Shown in pieces: positions 62,327 to 64,000 of a DNA stretch of 64,000 nt. This DNA comes from Squalus acanthias (taxonomy: Eukaryota). The stretch's first letter is position 1, and each line of letters begins with the position of its first letter. The stretch spans positions 806,001 to 870,000 of the forward strand of contig JASTWF010000171.1 in NCBI GenBank assembly GCA_030390025.1. Direction: 5' to 3'. The translations under genes were made by a program, and so were the position numbers. The notes under the pieces were generated by a model, which was given only the letters and a program-made list of their open reading frames with translations, did no database searches and had not been told where the DNA came from.

Positions 62327-62780
62327 TTTTTAAAGTATTTATTCCACATTTATTACACAGAAACTTAACATATTTCAAAATATATACAGATTCGGTATGA
62401 AAATAAGTCCATCAATGACCTCTTTATTTTGTAGATTGGACGTCCTGTGCTCCTGTTAGTTTTTGTCTGCTTCTGTGTTTCTGCTGCATTACTGTCGAGG
62501 AGATCTTTGAATCCCAGTTTCTTCAGTGGCTCTTTTGTCATCAGCTGCCTGACCATTCTGCATCCCAGGTATTCCTTTGATTGCTCTCAGCACAGAGAAT
62601 TGTCAAACTTACTCTCTCTAAGGCACTTCATAAAAATTCTTCATAGTCACCCAAATGGTCGAGGGGGAAGGAGCCCCTGTTGGGAGGCCTCGGGCTGAAT
62701 CTGTTGCTGCAGAAATTCACAGCGTTCGACACCATCTACGCAGGCCAGGCCGGTGACGTCAACCCGCCAGGCCACACATC
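62327..62780 (-). pseudogene. COX19: Processed pseudogene of cytochrome c oxidase assembly factor COX19 (coding relic ~62455-62735)
   Basis: MVSNAVNF...PRPPNRGSFPLDHLG, frameshift, [41 protein letters not shown]; intronless, AATAAA and short A tail. Confidence 0.9.
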
Positions 62781-64000
62781 AAGTCCCTTAGGCCTCAGCA
62801 ACCGGTCCCTTGTCCTCAGCAACCGGTCCCTTGGCCCTCAGCAACCGGTCCCTTGGCCCTCAGCAACCGGTCCCTTGGCCTCAGCAACCGGTCCCTTGGG
62901 CCTCAGCAACCGGTCCTTTGGCCCTCAGCAACCGGTCCCTTGGCCCTCAGCCACCGGTCCCTTAGGCCTCAGCAACCGGTCCCCTGGGCCTCAGCCTCCA
63001 GTCCCTTGGCCCTCAGCCACCGGTCCCTTGGGCCTCAGCTTCCGGTCCCTTGGGCCTCAGCCTCCGGTCCCTTGGGCCTCAGCTTCCGGTCCCTTGGGCC
63101 TCAGCCTCCGGTCCCTTGGGCCTCAGCTTCCGGTCCCTTGGGCCTCAGCCTCCGGTCCCTTGGGCCTCAGCTTCCGGCCCCTTGGGCCTCAGCAAGCGGT
63201 CCCTTGGCCCTTAGCAACTTGTTGAGGTGTTTGTTCAGCCTGCCTCACTTCCACGGTTACTTGATACCCGGCTGTCCCTGGAGATGGAGCACGCTGTGTC
63301 CACTGGTACGCTTGAGGCCTTCCAGGACCGTTGGGCACTGGAGGGTCTGGACTGCATCATTACCACTCGGTATCGTATTTTGAGTTGATTTAATACATTT
63401 TATTTAAGTTAGTTTAAGAAGGGGGCACTTGCTTCTGTTTTATTGGTGATGGCATCAGCCAATCAATGTTATCAACCAATAGGCAGTAGTAACCGATCCC
63501 TTGGCCCTTAGCAACTGGTCCCTTGGCCCAAAGCAACCGGTTCCTTGGCTCATAGCAACCAGTCCCATGGCCCTCAGCAACTGGTCCCTTGGCCTTGGCC
63601 CTTAGAAACCGGTCCCTTGGCCCTTAGTAACTGGTCCCTTAGCCCTTAGGGTCCAGTGCCTTGGCCCTTAGGATCCGGTTCCTTGGGCCTCAGCAAACAG
63701 TCACTTGGGCAACAGCAACCGCCCCTTGGCCCTCACCCACGAGTCCCTTGACCCTCAGTAACCGGTCCCTTGGGCACAGCAACTGGTCCCTTGGGCCTCA
63801 GCAGTTACTTCATACCTGGGTGTCCCTGGAGATGGAGCACGCGGTGTCCACCGGTACGCTTCACGCCTTCCGTGACCGGTGGGCACCGGAGCAATGCAGT
63901 GCCTCATCACCACCCAGAATTGTATATTAATTTGATTTATTAGGTTTGATTTAAGTTAGTTTAAGTTACAATATATTGGTTGTGCCCCTTTAAGAAGGGA
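62781..64000. repeat. Continuation of the TAGCAAC/TCAGCAAC satellite with module copies at ~63221-63485 and ~63802-64000
   Basis: Same units and module as 40565-54330. Confidence 0.92.
63221..63485 (+). mobile_element. Longest copy of the module: probable 3' end of a Tx1/L1-clade LINE (ORF2 C-terminus + 3' UTR)
   Basis: SLPHFHGY, frameshift, RLSLEMEHAVSTGTLEAFQDRWALEGLDCII...*, resembling Tx1-like ORF2 C-termini (recalled, not searched). Confidence 0.6.

Noticed and set aside
60973-62400. Three overlapping ~450-aa ORFs
   Set aside because: Artefact of the 22-bp repeat lacking stop codons.
62365-62735. Functional COX19 gene
   Set aside because: Frameshifting deletion, in-frame stop, loss of the first CX9C cysteine and no introns.

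Overview
Vertebrate genomic DNA, most likely a shark or other cartilaginous fish, judged from its HE1/V-SINE, Deu-SINE, LF-SINE-like, CR1 and Penelope repeats and its shark-type class I protein. The only intact protein-coding gene I can reconstruct is a minus-strand MHC class I heavy chain. It has 7 coding exons (9631-19666, 343 aa, all GT-AG, phase 1), a probable 3' UTR exon and an X1/X2/Y plus ISRE-like promoter. Several canonical peptide-anchoring residues are changed (Y59S, T143I, K146R), suggesting a non-classical gene. Its introns are filled with minisatellites; two reiterate the gene's own 5' splice sites and one is complementary to the alpha3 acceptor. Upstream lie a near-full-length CR1 and a decayed endogenous retroviral element (33744-~38740). 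That element combines a foamy/loki-like RT and tether with an envelope built like a paramyxo/pneumovirus F protein, so it is a lokiretrovirus-like candidate. Further on are an orphan CpG-island promoter, a ~14 kb TAGCAAC (RFX half-site-like) satellite co-amplified with a probable Tx1-like LINE 3' end, a 5'-inverted CR1, a 45-bp VNTR shaped like a reiterated 3' splice site, and a COX19 retrocopy. All family assignments come from motif recognition by eye; no database search was run.
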